From contig NC_043006.1 in assembly GCF_006345805.1 (NCBI RefSeq), forward strand, positions 30,690,001 through 30,754,000: a stretch of DNA of 64,000 nt. Reading direction: 5' to 3'. Of the stretch, positions 28,101 to 38,480 are shown piece by piece (the stretch's first letter is position 1; each line of letters starts with the position of its first letter). The stretch comes from Octopus sinensis (taxonomy: Eukaryota). Made by a program: the position numbers and the translations under genes. The notes beneath the pieces were generated by a model, which worked only from the letters and a program-made list of their open reading frames with translations, searched no databases and was not told where the DNA came from.

Positions 28101-31100
28101 AACAATATGGCCAAGTCTCAGTTATATCTGGGTCATTGACTGGAAGTTCATTATTGTTAACCAGCAATAACATTGTTATACTGTACAATGCTTATCTAAA
28201 TACAGTTGATGCTGCACATAATACTTCTCATTCAGCTAAGAGCTTAGTCTGTAAGTCTTATTTAACTTTGAGGCAAAGCTCTTGCAACAAGCTGGGTGTT
28301 ACCTCAAATTGACTCAATTAGGTGCAGACACATAAAAAGCTGCAATAATGTTAGTTTCATAAAATCATATTTGGTGAAATAGTGATGATTAATTGTTAGC
28401 AATAGTAAATGATTATAGACAATATATTAGTTATTAGTTCTGGTTAAATCTCAATATAAACACTCTACTAATCTCTCTAAGCCCATTCTATGATTTCTTC
28501 ATTTTTCTCCATTCCCAAGTCAAACCATTTCCAAAATGTTGTAATTTATACACCTTCAATCTTTTCTTCTAAACATAGAAACAAAATGACTGAGTGGATA
28601 AGGTATTGAACTCTTGGTTTAAAATTTTGATCTCATTGGGAAAAAAAACCCCCACTTAAATTCATCAATTTTCTTGTATTTAGCAGCTAAAACAAGATAA
28701 CACAGAGCAATTATAAGGAAGTCACCAAACATAGATTTATCTTATATCTCATGGAATCAAGTACTGGCTTAATGGGCTCTTGTAGTATTAACAAGACTTA
28801 ACTGCTTTCCTTCTGTGGGATATGTCACTTCATAACCATTTTTGTTTCAACTCCCTGTTGACCTGAAGTATTGGGTCATCCTATAAATAATGCAGTTTTT
28901 TCAATTGCATGAACTAAAAGTCAGAGGGGGATGGGATAAACTACCTGCATCAACTTGCTATCAAAGCAAGTAGTAATTTTTACCTTGTACTTATTCTTAG
29001 TGCAAGTTTTGAAGAGTGCAGTTCAGTTTTAACAGTTATTTTTTTCAAAGCTATAATGGAAGTGGCAAAGGAGCATATTTTGCTTTGTGAATTCAATGAA
29101 GGCAACAACACAACGGAAAGTGGGAGGAATATCAATGCAGTTTATGGAAATCGGACAATAAGCGTAAGTCAGCGTCAACAGTGGTTCCAGAAATTCCAAG
29201 CTGGAAACTACAGCCTAGATGTGCCTCATCCTGGAAGATCTGCAGAGGTCAATGAGGACATCCTGCAAACCCTGGTAGAACAAAACCCCATTTTAATTGT
29301 TGAGAAACTAGCAGGGACACACACACACACACACACACACATAACATACAACAAAACTTTTCCTGCTCTTGCAAGTCACAAGCAGTATTTTTCTCCTACA
29401 ATGGTGTCAACTGGTATATATAAGAAGAATGGCAATGGACACACATATTGAGATGTGGTTAAGAAGTTTGATCCATTGTTACATAGTTTCAGTTTCAATC
29501 TCAGCATATTGAACTATAATTTAATCCTTGATACCATAGCTTCAGACTGACTAAAGTTTTGTGATTGTAATTTAGTAGACAGAAATAAATGTGGGAGTCT
29601 GCTGAAGGATTTGTTTGTGTTGTCTGCAGGTAGAATCCGTAATTTTGTTTAACAATGCTATCTGACCATTGCATACTTTTAGCACAGAAATCTCTGTTTA
29701 AAGCAAAACTTCCAACCACCATTCTATTAATCTTTGGAAGCTCTGAGAGGAGTTAGAGTATTTGCCCTTCCATTGACGACTGAGATAGGTAAAAAAAAAC
29801 AAAAGCAAAAAAGAGAAGACATTGATATAATAATCCTTGTAAAGTGGTGAGCTGGCAGAACCGTTAGCACACCAGGCAAAATGCTTAGCAGTATTTCACC
29901 TGACTTTATGTTCTGAGTTCAAATTCTGCCGAGGTCAACTTTACCTTTCATCCTTTCGGGGTCGATAAATTAAGTACCAGTCAAGTACTGGTGTCGATCT
30001 AATTGACTGGCCCTCTTCCCAAAAACATTTTGGGCCTTGTGCCTAGAGTAGAATAGAATATGGTAATCCTTGTAATCTTTTATTACTTGGGTCATTTCCC
30101 TTCTACATTTATGCTGACTCTTCCAGCCTAAATCAGTAACTAGTTTATTTCTCCCATCATATATGATGGGAGAAACACCTTTTACCTACCAACGTAGCAT
30201 TCTCCAGACCAGATTCAGATCACTAATCACTGTCATAGTGTTGATGTTGGTCATGGTCACAGCGATGTAGGGAGCATTCGGTAATATATTTATAGGAGCC
30301 ACTAACCCAACTCTGATCGATTATTGATCATACAATCATACAATCTGCCTTTCATTCTGAGAGAGAGTCTTTTCTTACCAACAGGGGTAAGAGTTTTCTG
30401 AGTTTTCTCCAACCAATTCATATTCTAGCAACTATACTTTCAGAGCAACCTCTTCCACTACTAATTAGGTCACCTAAATAACAGAAACTATCTACTGCTT
30501 CCAGAGAGCCTCCTCTGCATTTCAGAACTTCTATTTCCCGTGTGCTCTTATTCTCCTGCACATCTGCCATAAACAAATTCTATCTCTGTTAACCTTCCTG
30601 TGATTCAACTGCACCTCTTAGTGTCCATAGTCTGCCTTGAATACACCATATAAAATTTCTACCGACACCTTATCTACATATAGAACAGGGCCATTTACCC
30701 AAACAGGTTAGTGTCCTGTCTGTTTTCATGCTAACTAGAACTTTGGTCTTTGCTAACTTTAAGACCCCTTGATTCCAGGTTTTGCTTCTACACCTGAAAT
30801 TTCATTTTTAATTCTGCTACAGTTTCATTTATAAGGACAAGGTCATCAGCATAGAGGAGTTGCCATGGGTAACTAGTTTTCAAGTCTTCTGTTATGGTGT
30901 GGAGGACAATGTTAAGTGTGAGTGTATTGATAGCCAAAGCCTGATGAAAACCTACCTGCACTCTAAATTCAACACTGATCTCATTGTTAACTCACTTTGC
31001 TGACAGCATCCCTGTACATAGTTTGACTGGTTTTTATGAGCCATTTGTCTATTACTAGCTTTTGCAGCAGCTACCAGATGAGGGAGTGAGGCATCCAGTG

Positions 31101-31633
31101 AAAAGGGCTTTCTCTAGGTCAATGAATGTTAAGTGCATTACATATGTACATATACATATCTATGTACACATGTGTATACACATACACACACACACATACA
31201 GATATATACCCAAAACCCTTGGCCCTTGAGTCACTTATGTAACTGAATGGTTTCAGATTGCTACCCTGTGTACATAAGCAAAAGCAGGGTATTGTAGTCA
31301 CTCATCTTCCTCTGTCTGTCTGTATGTTTTCAAAATTACTTGAAAACAGTTGAATGGATTTTCACCAAATTTGGTAGAAATACTCAGTGGGTGAGTGAGT
31401 CAAACTCATTAAATTTTGGGTTAATAATCTTCAAAACTGGTAGATGAGTGTTTTGATTGTGCAGATTTTTGTGAAAGAATTTATGTGCACACAGATGATG
31501 CATTGTTTGGACATGTTTTCAGCACAACAATCTATTACTAGCACATAAAAACATGTATTATGTCTATTAAATACTATTTATCTCTCACTAGATAGAGTAC
31601 TTTTTTGTTGATCTTACCATCATGGGACAGTAC

Positions 31634-31708
<75 letters not shown>

Positions 31709-31709
31709 T

Positions 31710-31780
<71 letters not shown>

Positions 31781-32919
31781 TACACACATATATATATATC
31801 ATTTGAACCGACCCTTGTCTGCATGTATAGATCATGGTGTACCTATGCATGTAGAAACGTGTGGGTACATACATACATACGCAATTGTGTGTGTGTGTGT
31901 ACAGTGATGAATTCAAGGTTTTTGTTTATCTATGAGTTGGTTTTTTAATTTCACCTGAGCATAAATACCTATAATGATGATACTTAAAAAAAATACAATT
32001 TAACAAAAAATCGAACTTGCAAATCTCCAGTTAAGCAAGTGGTGTTATTATTTATATCCTACAATGAACTGCAGTACATTTGATTCACCTGCTATCATTG
32101 AAAGACTTTGAAAACACTTCTCAAATTCTATGCAATATTTTATCAAGTCTACTTTTAGCTGTCATCTTCTTAGGCTTCTAATCTTCTTTTAGTCAAATAC
32201 TTACAAAGTTTAATTCAGTTCAGTTAAAAAGCAGAGGTAAGCAACGCATTGGAAGCCACACTATAATTTGCAAAAAAAATTTACCTGCACGCAGGGCATG
32301 CATTGTCTCTCCAATGCTGTTTTTTTCATTTGATAATGCAGTGCATGAAACTCTAGGCCTTTAAATAATTTCACTATCTATATCATTTATAAGTATATAT
32401 TATATTTATCCAGATGAAAATTTAATTTCTCTGCTAAGGGAATTATTCCCTAGGTTTCCAGTGTCTTTTATCATATGTTATTTACAAATTTCTTATCATA
32501 TCCATATGAATATATGTAAGCAAATGATCATTACAAAAATTATTCAGTTATCCCAGACAGCTGTTTCTGTCAAAAAAGACCATGATATAATCAAAGGAAT
32601 AATGCATATTATCAGTTCTTGCTTTTTCTGAGTCTAAAGAATTAATATAATGATAACAAAGACAAAACTCAAGGTAATAAATTCAAAATGCCTTATTGTG
32701 TTAATTTTTAATTTTTCCTTATAATCCACTGATGAGTACAAAAGACATTATATGATAATGATATGCATTATTCCTTTGATTATATTATGGTCTTTTTGTC
32801 TGGGATAATTGAATAAATGAAAAATCCATCATTAACATCAAAATCTGCTCCATTTCATTTTATTTGATAACATTTATTGAACTCTGTTTAATGAATTAAT
32901 TCTTGTAATGATCATTTGC

Positions 32920-32958
<39 letters not shown>

Positions 32959-33795
32959 TAATATTCTGTTATGTCTGGAGAGAGTCATTCTCTTTTAGAG
33001 CCTTATAATTTAACACACTCACCGGTAAAATTTCGACTTATTTCTTTTTTATTTTTCTAAAATTTTCGTTGTATCTTGCAACTTTGAAAAGGTTGCAAGA
33101 CACAATGAAAATTTTAGAAAAATAAAGAAGGAAATATGTGGAAATTTTACCGGTGAGTGTGTTAAATTATAAGGCACTAAAAGAGAATGACTCTCCCCAG
33201 ACACAACTGTATATGCTTTAACACATGAACTCACATAAAGAATCTTGCAAACCAAATCCAAAAACGAAATATATATATATATCAAAATAAGCAACAAGGA
33301 TATCCATAGGTAATGCAGTATGATTGTTTCATGCAACTCCATTTAATTGAACAATGCAATCATTACATCAATTTAAAATGCAGAGCAATCTTCAGCTGCA
33401 CAAGGACATAGAATTTAATTTAATTAGAACAGATGGACACATTAGTACAATTATACCTAAAATCTCCAAGAAGTTAAGGAGATAGATAAATAACATGCTG
33501 TCTCACTCCAGCTTAGAAGTTACTGAATTTTCCAAGAAGATATACATTGTTACAGACTCTGCCTGCCACTGATTTTTTTGTTTTTATTTTAAATTGATGT
33601 AAAGATTGCATTGTTCAATTAAACGGAGTTGCATGAAATGATCGTACTGCATTACCTCTGGATATCCTTGTTGCTTATTTTGATTTCAATCACCTTACTT
33701 TGAAATCATATGGATAATACCGTACTAAATTCTGGTGCCTCAACCTAAGTATCATATTCATCTGAATCTAAATTTTTGCTGAACTCACCTACCCA

Positions 33796-33886
<91 letters not shown>

Positions 33887-34679
33887 TATGCGTGTGTGTG
33901 TATGTATGCTTATAATATACAAAGCTTTTGTAGTTACCCTCTACCTAATTTCTCTACAACATATTTATCAAACCTCTCTGAACCTATAAGAAATTCTTAT
34001 TAGATCAAAGAAGACCTTCAAAAACTACAAATTTTGGTTTGAATGTAACCTATCATCTGAAATCCTAGACAAATCAAACTTTAAGCTCCTGCTTTTACAT
34101 ATATGATTGAATGAAGGCAAAAAACTGACTTTACCATCCCTTCCTTTCAAATCCACCCTCCATAAATGTATTCTTTCTTTCTCTCTTTCTCCACCACCTG
34201 CTTTATACAACCACTTCTCATTTGTCCCTACAAACTCATCTACATCGCCCCTACTTTGCATATATATCGCTCCACCCACCTCACGACCGTCCCTTTCCCG
34301 CCAAAAGCCAATATATAAGGTTTGAAAAACTAAACTAAGTTACTGCCTGATGATGGTAAGCAAGCAGCAAATTCGAAGTTATTTCAACCATTTCCTTGTA
34401 AAAAATATAGCCCTCTCCTTAAAAGTATTGACTGGACCATTAATTTAATGTTTGCCTGTACAACTTTACTTAAAAACAAACTCTGTGTGTGTATGTACAA
34501 GGAGCGACGCCCGTTATCAAAATGGTGGTGCTATGCAGTGTCAAGAGTTTATTGAAAATAAACACCGTACAAGTGAAACGTCTGCTGTATCTGTAATACC
34601 AGCAAAAATTTAACTGAAGCCCATGCATCAGCTACGCACGTAGACACATAAAGTGTGTGCGTATATTTTATATATATAT

Positions 34680-34737
<58 letters not shown>

Positions 34738-34905
34738 GTCATTCATGAGTTTAAATAAGTTCGTATGTCGTGAAAGAACGCTAAACCTGTTGTTTTGGGA
34801 TTGAGCCTTTGTCTGCGAGGAAAGAAATACTTCTTGCTGATGCAGACACCCACCAGTTGTCTAGAGTTTTTTTTTTTATTTACATCCATTCACACATACT
34901 CATTT

Positions 34906-34957
<52 letters not shown>

Positions 34958-35134
34958 TATGCATGTGTCTGTATATGTATGTACGTATTGCTTGTAGTGT
35001 GCGCATAGCGATGTGCTGGTTGATGTGCGCTAGTGTGTATAAATATTATATTATATTACATAAGAAAGGTATACATACGCTGATGAAATATCAAATTTAA
35101 TATCAACATCCTCCCAAACGTTATCAGCGGCCAT
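1193..35134 (-). CDS. BBS5: Bardet-Biedl syndrome 5 protein (BBSome subunit), 5'-most 9 coding exons; gene continues beyond the left edge
   Basis: Manual splice: 35134-35079, 25509-25427, 23311-23246, 21456-21407, 18145-18068, 8623-8577, 7534-7399, 3103-3008, 1255-1193. All introns are GT-AG and the phases join into one stop-free frame: [225 protein letters not shown]. It carries the BBS5 signatures [43 protein letters not shown] and RDSKFG. Confidence 0.98.
1340..1862 (+). mobile_element. RTE-clade LINE 3' end (ORF tail plus 3'UTR ending aaacgatgat)
   Basis: [13 protein letters not shown]-like peptide followed by the same 3'UTR seen at 58050-58455. Confidence 0.8.
2311..2496 (+). mobile_element. 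tRNA-derived SINE with Meta-like central domain (family A)
   Basis: agctggcagaaccattagcac...gagttcaaatcctgccgagg head and ctttgcatttcatc...gggtcgata core; many copies in the window. Confidence 0.75.
3008..3103 (-). CDS. BBS5: BBS5 coding exon 8 (96 nt, [32 protein letters not shown])
   Basis: Acceptor ttccag|; donor ATA|GTAAGT; phase 0-0. Confidence 0.98.
4540..5784 (+). mobile_element. Tc1/mariner superfamily DD37D (maT-type) transposon, defective
   Basis: 26-bp TIRs (cagggtgcgtaaggtatttgaggaca / tgtcctcaaatatcttacgcactctg, 2 mismatches) and TA target duplications. Decayed transposase from ATG 4633 with FSDEK, Q*DSA and NPLD motifs; 37 codons lie between the second and third Asp. Confidence 0.93.
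5799..6301 (+). mobile_element. Non-autonomous Helitron (503 bp) with intact termini
   Basis: 5' A|TC start; GC hairpin cccg-agcaacgc-cggg at 6274-6289; CTAG|T end; no TSD; inserted in an AT dinucleotide. Confidence 0.88.
6302..6478. repeat. Compound microsatellite (TA)n(CA)n(TTA)n(TGA)n(TAA)n
   Basis: Directly visible. Confidence 0.97.
7399..7534 (-). CDS. BBS5: BBS5 coding exon 7 (136 nt, [45 protein letters not shown])
   Basis: Acceptor attacag|; donor CAG|GTATGT; embedded in ORF 7120..7590. Confidence 0.98.
8577..8623 (-). CDS. BBS5: BBS5 coding exon 6 (47 nt, [16 protein letters not shown])
   Basis: Acceptor gtttag|; donor AG|GTAGGT; supplies exactly the peptide missing between the neighbouring exons. 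Confidence 0.96.
9680..9875 (+). mobile_element. RTE LINE 3'UTR fragment
   Basis: ggaatggcatccagc...cattaaatgatgatgat tail shared with 58050-58455. Confidence 0.75.
10611..10827. mobile_element. Mariner-derived MITE
   Basis: TA-flanked TIRs of about 29 bp: tgagggggtgctgaaaagttcctggcttt / aaagccaggaacttttcagcacctcttca. Confidence 0.88.
10850..11700 (-). mobile_element. RTE-clade LINE reverse-transcriptase remnant
   Basis: ORF 11220..11645: FADN (decayed YADD), [12 protein letters not shown] (decayed EIKRRIGKA). Confidence 0.8.
11760..12270 (+). mobile_element. RTE LINE 3'UTR copy
   Basis: Collinear with 58020-58455; ends in a gatgatgat tail. Confidence 0.85.
14050..15320 (-). mobile_element. 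Old CR1/L2-like LINE RT remnant
   Basis: Heavily decayed RT motifs on the minus strand (VDMQK near 14750); boundaries approximate. Confidence 0.5.
15659..16064 (+). mobile_element. tRNA-derived CORE-like SINE (family B)
   Basis: tRNA-like head ggctctgtggtaagaagc...ggttcagctcc; CORE-like gacaccttgggcaggtg; internal (TG)n; tail actgagacaagtaaaag. Confidence 0.85.
16451..16817 (-). mobile_element. tRNA-derived CORE-like SINE (family B), little decayed
   Basis: Reverse complement of family B, including gcaccttgggcaagtgtcttc. Confidence 0.9.
17520..17608. mobile_element. 89-bp insertion with a 13-bp target-site duplication and an internal inversion
   Basis: acattaacagata at 17507-17519 and 17609-17621; internal tatttacacctgtcggatat is inverted against atatccgtcaaatgtaatgtaaata. 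Confidence 0.75.
18068..18145 (-). CDS. BBS5: BBS5 coding exon 5 (78 nt, [26 protein letters not shown])
   Basis: Acceptor tttacag|; donor TTG|GTAAGT; phase 0-0. Confidence 0.97.
18721..20023 (+). mobile_element. Mariner (DD34D-type) transposon, defective
   Basis: Decayed transposase: [42 protein letters not shown]; degenerate TIRs. Confidence 0.88.
20640..21170 (-). mobile_element. Penelope-like element remnant (GIY-YIG endonuclease C-terminal region)
   Basis: [35 protein letters not shown] resembles the PLE motif HKxSFRxxxxKxxTxLSKHIWxLKxxNxxxxIxWKIL. Confidence 0.65.
21407..21456 (-). CDS. BBS5: BBS5 coding exon 4 (50 nt, [17 protein letters not shown])
   Basis: Acceptor cttgcag|; donor TCA|GTAAGT; phase 1-0. 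Confidence 0.95.
21511..22153 (+). mobile_element. Internally deleted mariner
   Basis: TA-flanked degenerate TIRs; N-terminal [17 protein letters not shown]...CQKWFKKF joined to C-terminal [17 protein letters not shown]. Confidence 0.88.
22601..22975 (+). mobile_element. CORE-like SINE (family B)
   Basis: ggctgtgtggtaagtagc...gcaccttgggcaagtgtcttc. Confidence 0.88.
23246..23311 (-). CDS. BBS5: BBS5 coding exon 3 (66 nt, [22 protein letters not shown])
   Basis: Acceptor tttttcaag|; donor T|GTAAGT; phase 1-1. Confidence 0.97.
23485..23531 (-). ncRNA. Degenerate hammerhead-ribozyme-like motif in a putative Penelope terminal-repeat remnant
   Basis: Minus strand CTGAAGA-G-GTCACA-GATG-TGTGAT-GAAA-GATTT-C; stem II has one extra G and stem I is largely unpaired. 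Confidence 0.4.
24800..25060 (-). mobile_element. RTE LINE 3'UTR copy
   Basis: catcatcgtttaacgtctgctttccatgctggcatggg...ggatgcccttcctaac. Confidence 0.88.
25168..25409 (+). mobile_element. tRNA-derived SINE (V/CORE-like, family E)
   Basis: A/B-box-like head gtggcttagtggttaggg...gattcctgg; body tgtgttcttgagcaaaacact and ctgcaatggacttgcatcccatccagg. Confidence 0.75.
25427..25509 (-). CDS. BBS5: BBS5 coding exon 2 (83 nt, [27 protein letters not shown])
   Basis: Acceptor ttacag|; EDTKGNNG motif; donor G|GTAGGG. Confidence 0.97.
26015..26252 (-). mobile_element. Meta-like SINE (family A), little decayed
   Basis: Reverse complement of ggcggcgagctggcagaaacgttagcacgccgggcgaaatgcttagcgg...ctttgcctttcatcctttcggggtc. 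Confidence 0.9.
28871..29315 (+). mobile_element. Mariner 5' fragment (TIR plus HTH region)
   Basis: TA-ttgggtcatcc TIR; ORF 29056 [13 protein letters not shown]...GRSAEVNED truncated at a (CA)n run. Confidence 0.8.
29841..30056 (+). mobile_element. Meta-like SINE (family A)
   Basis: Same head and core as 26015-26252. Confidence 0.9.
30330..31110 (-). mobile_element. RTE-clade LINE RT remnant
   Basis: [10 protein letters not shown] on the minus strand at about 30843-30872; VGFHQ upstream. Confidence 0.8.
31637..31799. repeat. Long (TA)n/(CA)n compound microsatellite
   Basis: Directly visible; source of the poly-IY ORFs. Confidence 0.98.
32515..32925. mobile_element. Foldback/MITE 1
   Basis: aagcaaatgatcattacaa pairs with ttgtaatgatcatttgctt; aaagaccatgatataatcaaaggaataatgcatat pairs with atatgcattattcctttgattatattatggtcttt. 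Confidence 0.75.
32968..33207. mobile_element. Foldback/MITE 2 (near-perfect 240-bp palindrome)
   Basis: Arms tctggagagagtcattctcttttag...caccggtaaaatt and aattttaccggtg...aaagagaatgactctccccaga, centred on gcaactttgaaaaggttgc. Confidence 0.9.
33281..33684. mobile_element. Foldback/MITE 3 with TIRs of about 100 bp
   Basis: atcaaaataagcaacaaggatatcc...acatcaattt inverted against aaattgatgt...ggatatccttgttgcttattttgat. Confidence 0.85.
35079..35134 (-). CDS. BBS5: BBS5 coding exon 1 (56 nt, [18 protein letters not shown])
   Basis: ATG in AAGATGGCC context; WEDxDxxFD motif; donor GC|GTATGT, phase 2. Confidence 0.95.
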
Positions 35135-35149
35135 CTTATAACAATCAGC

Positions 35150-35163
35150 GTTGCTATGACAAT
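35150..35163 (-). promoter_or_regulatory. RFX X-box upstream of BBS5
   Basis: ATTGTCATAGCAAC on the minus strand matches the X-box consensus RTHNYY-WT-RRNRAC at every position; 15 nt separate it from the ATG. Confidence 0.8.
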
Positions 35164-35251
35164 TTCTCATACAATTCCGCCTGCTCAGGCTCCGTCGAGT
35201 CTAATAAATCAATATTTGTCAAACTGAGACCGTATTGAAATGAATATCAGA

Positions 35252-35266
35252 GTTACTGAGAGTAAC
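35252..35266. promoter_or_regulatory. Second RFX X-box-like palindrome
   Basis: GTTACT-GAG-AGTAAC: perfect inverted half-sites with a 3-nt spacer, fitting GTNRCN-N0-3-RGYAAC. Confidence 0.65.
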
Positions 35267-38009
35267 CTCCCTTAAATGCAGCCTCTCCCTGTATCCCTTC
35301 TAGTGTTATCCCTGGTTACTTAGCATCCAGATTATAACTGTCTGATGTGGATTTTAGCCACTCGTTACAGTATTAAATACCCATCGAAGGGTTTATAAAT
35401 TGCTTCTCTTATAGATAAATGCAAAATAAAGATTTGTATATAGTTGTTGTTTGGTCCCCGACTTTGGACTAAACAACAATAGCAGGAGTGAATTTAATCT
35501 GTTCGATCAGACCTGTGATCAAATGTATTCCAGACATAGCTACCCCATCGTATTTTCAGGAATAATGTATCCAGGATTGAATTATCCTTTGTGTCTTTCT
35601 TTTTTAAGACTGTAGAGCGTGGTCTGGGGGAGATTTGGTTGCTATTTCTAACAAGTTGAACGATCGCTTCTTTGAGTGCTCGATTTGTATTCATTTTTTG
35701 TTCGAAAATCTTACAGATTTTGTTTTTTGTAGGGGACGGAGGTAATGAATTCAGTGAAGCATTCAAATGACATTACAAAAAAATCATGGTTATTGGAGCT
35801 CCATCTTTATGCTGTCCTTGGATTTAGGACTTGGAGCATGTGGTTCCCATTTTCTGCGAATCTTGAAGTTTATTGAGTCAGTTGAATAGAAAATAAAAGA
35901 CAAAGTTATTATCTTCGTTATTGTTAGATATGCTAGAAATTGCAGTAAAATTACTTCAAATCACATCCTATCATCTTCAAAAAAGAAAAGACACATTGGG
36001 TAACGTAGTCCCGGATGAATGAATCAGCTAATGTTCATGGTTTGAATGGCTTTGATCATATGTCTACTCGCTTAGAGATGACTCGGGGTTAAACAACCTC
36101 TGTAATTATAACTGTTCATAGCAAATGATTAGGAAAGAAAATCCATTATGGTTAGATGTTGGTAAGCTTAAGAATGAATTTTTTAAAAATCTCTACTAAA
36201 AGCAACATTTGTGCTGGGTGTTGCTGCTGTCTTTCTTGCTAAACGTGGAATTCATGGAACCATTGCCCCCTGTTGCTATCTTCTCACTATGTCAGACTTC
36301 TTACTCATCATCTAACTGTTTCGTTCTATCTAATAACTGTTGGTATTACACCTGAAAATCAGTAAAGACTGTTAAGACACATAAAACTTTGTAGTTTATG
36401 TAAGACTGAATAATTTTGCCATCATAAATATGACATTATCAAAAATATTTGTGAAATATTTACGAGTAACAACAACTATATAATGTTGAATGTTTCTTCC
36501 AGAGTTGATGTCATTTAGGCCTGAATCAGCTTCCATTAAGCAGACCAATGATCAAAGGTGTTCTAGCCTCAATCATCCTGTCTTTTTAGGGTAACTGAGA
36601 CTTATTATCTGATATGTTCTTTTTTTAAGACAGTAAGGATTTGAGGAAATTTGTCAGCTGTTTCCAGCAATTCAAGCAACCACCCAAGAAACATCTTACT
36701 GGCTAATCTTTCATAGTATTTTGTTGCTGCTGCATACTTTCAAGATACTACTGGACTTGATACTAAATTATGGTGATCATAGCACAAAATACTTGACATC
36801 CTCTTCTCTCTCTCTCTCTTCTCTATTTGAGTAGGTCAAGCTACTGTTTTCATCAGAATGTAGATCATAAATTCTAAATCATGAAACCAGATGATCTACA
36901 AATTGCTTCTTATATCACAAGGAACATATAAAGCATTAAATATATACAAATATCAAAGTTGTTTTACTTGAGTCTCTTTGAAAATAGCTGCTCAGGTGTG
37001 GTCTTATGGAATGGAGCAACAAATAATTTCCTACTTTTAGCTCTGTGCAACATCCAGTCTATTATGTGTCATATTTCTGCAGCATCTAATTCCAACAGTT
37101 GGACAACTGAAGAAGTAGAGAGAAATTGTTCAGTTTGGAAACGGTTGAAGTGGGCTTCATCTCAGACTTGAAAGTTCAATAACCTTATCTACTTTGGCTG
37201 TTTTGATTTTACAGTTGAAGTTGCAAAGAATGGTCAATTAGTCTAATAATATACAGACCAGAGGAAAATAAATGCTCTGAGACTAATATCAGATATTGCT
37301 TTGTAAACATTTTCTGAAAAATGCTTCTTATAAAGGCACTTAATTTAGCAAACAAACAATTATAATTTAATGAAGCACAGATGTTGTGTCAAACTAAAAA
37401 TGCAAACTCTGATAGGAATTTAACTTTATGTAAACTACATTTTCTAACCTTAGTAATTACTATAATGTATTAGTTTAAGAATATTTATTTCCATTGTTAT
37501 ATATGCATTTTGAATATATAAATTTTGCTGTATGATATTAATTTTAATTCAGATCTTCTTACACCATATATAACAACAGACAATACCTGACATCCAAGTT
37601 AGAGATTAGTGAAATTCAACCATGGCACTAGTTCCACTAGAACTGTAGTAACACTTGTGAAGAAATGAATCAGGTAACTTGTTTCTCCATATGATATTGG
37701 GAGATAATGATAAAACCATGGTTCCTACATAAATAAATATGACCATCATGATAAAGAAAGAAGGAGCTGATGTTTGTTGGGCTCAGAACAGAAACTTATT
37801 TTTAAATGATAAAAATCTGGAAGCATTTAGAAAAATTCCACGAATGTTGAAAATGATTTATTCCTGTTAACCATAATGATTTGTAGAAATAGTTCTTTGG
37901 TGGAGTGAGTTGAATCAGTAAAATTTCAGACTCTCTATGTTTCTAGTATTTGTAGCTTAATAGGTTATTATTCCAGAATCAGATTACACTAGGGTTGAGT
38001 TTTTTTAAT

Positions 38010-38480
38010 ACCACCCATCATTTAGCATCTATTGTCCATGCTAGCATGGGTTGGATGGTTTGACCAGGGTTGGCCAGCTGGAAGGCCACACCAGACCCCA
38101 GTCTGATTTGACATGGTTTGTACATCTGGATGTACAAACCACTCCGAGAGTGTAATGGGTGCTATTATGTGCCACCAGCACAGGTGCCATTTGTGTGAAA
38201 CCGGTATCCACCACAACTGATTTTACTTGACTTGATGGGTCTTCTTCTCAAGCATGACATAATGCCAAAGATCTTAGTCAATGCCTCTGTGAGGCCCAAC
38301 ACTCAAAAGGAGTTTTTCACGTGCCACCAGCACTGGCCATTTTGCCTCCATGAGGCCCAATGCTTGAAAGGTGCTTTTTATGTGCCACCTGTACAGGTGC
38401 CAGTTACATGACACCAGCATCAGCCACGACTCTGATTTCAGTTGGCTTGATGGGTCTTCTCAAGTACAGCACAGCTTGAG
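38010..38480 (-). mobile_element. RTE LINE 3'UTR copy, older
   Basis: catcatttagcatctattgtccatgctagcatgggttggatggtttg... Confidence 0.75.

Noticed and set aside
32729-32760. CTGATGAG hammerhead-like start (also CTGATGA...GAAAC on the minus strand near 26300-26318)
   Set aside because: The first lacks GAAA; the second lacks a stable stem II.
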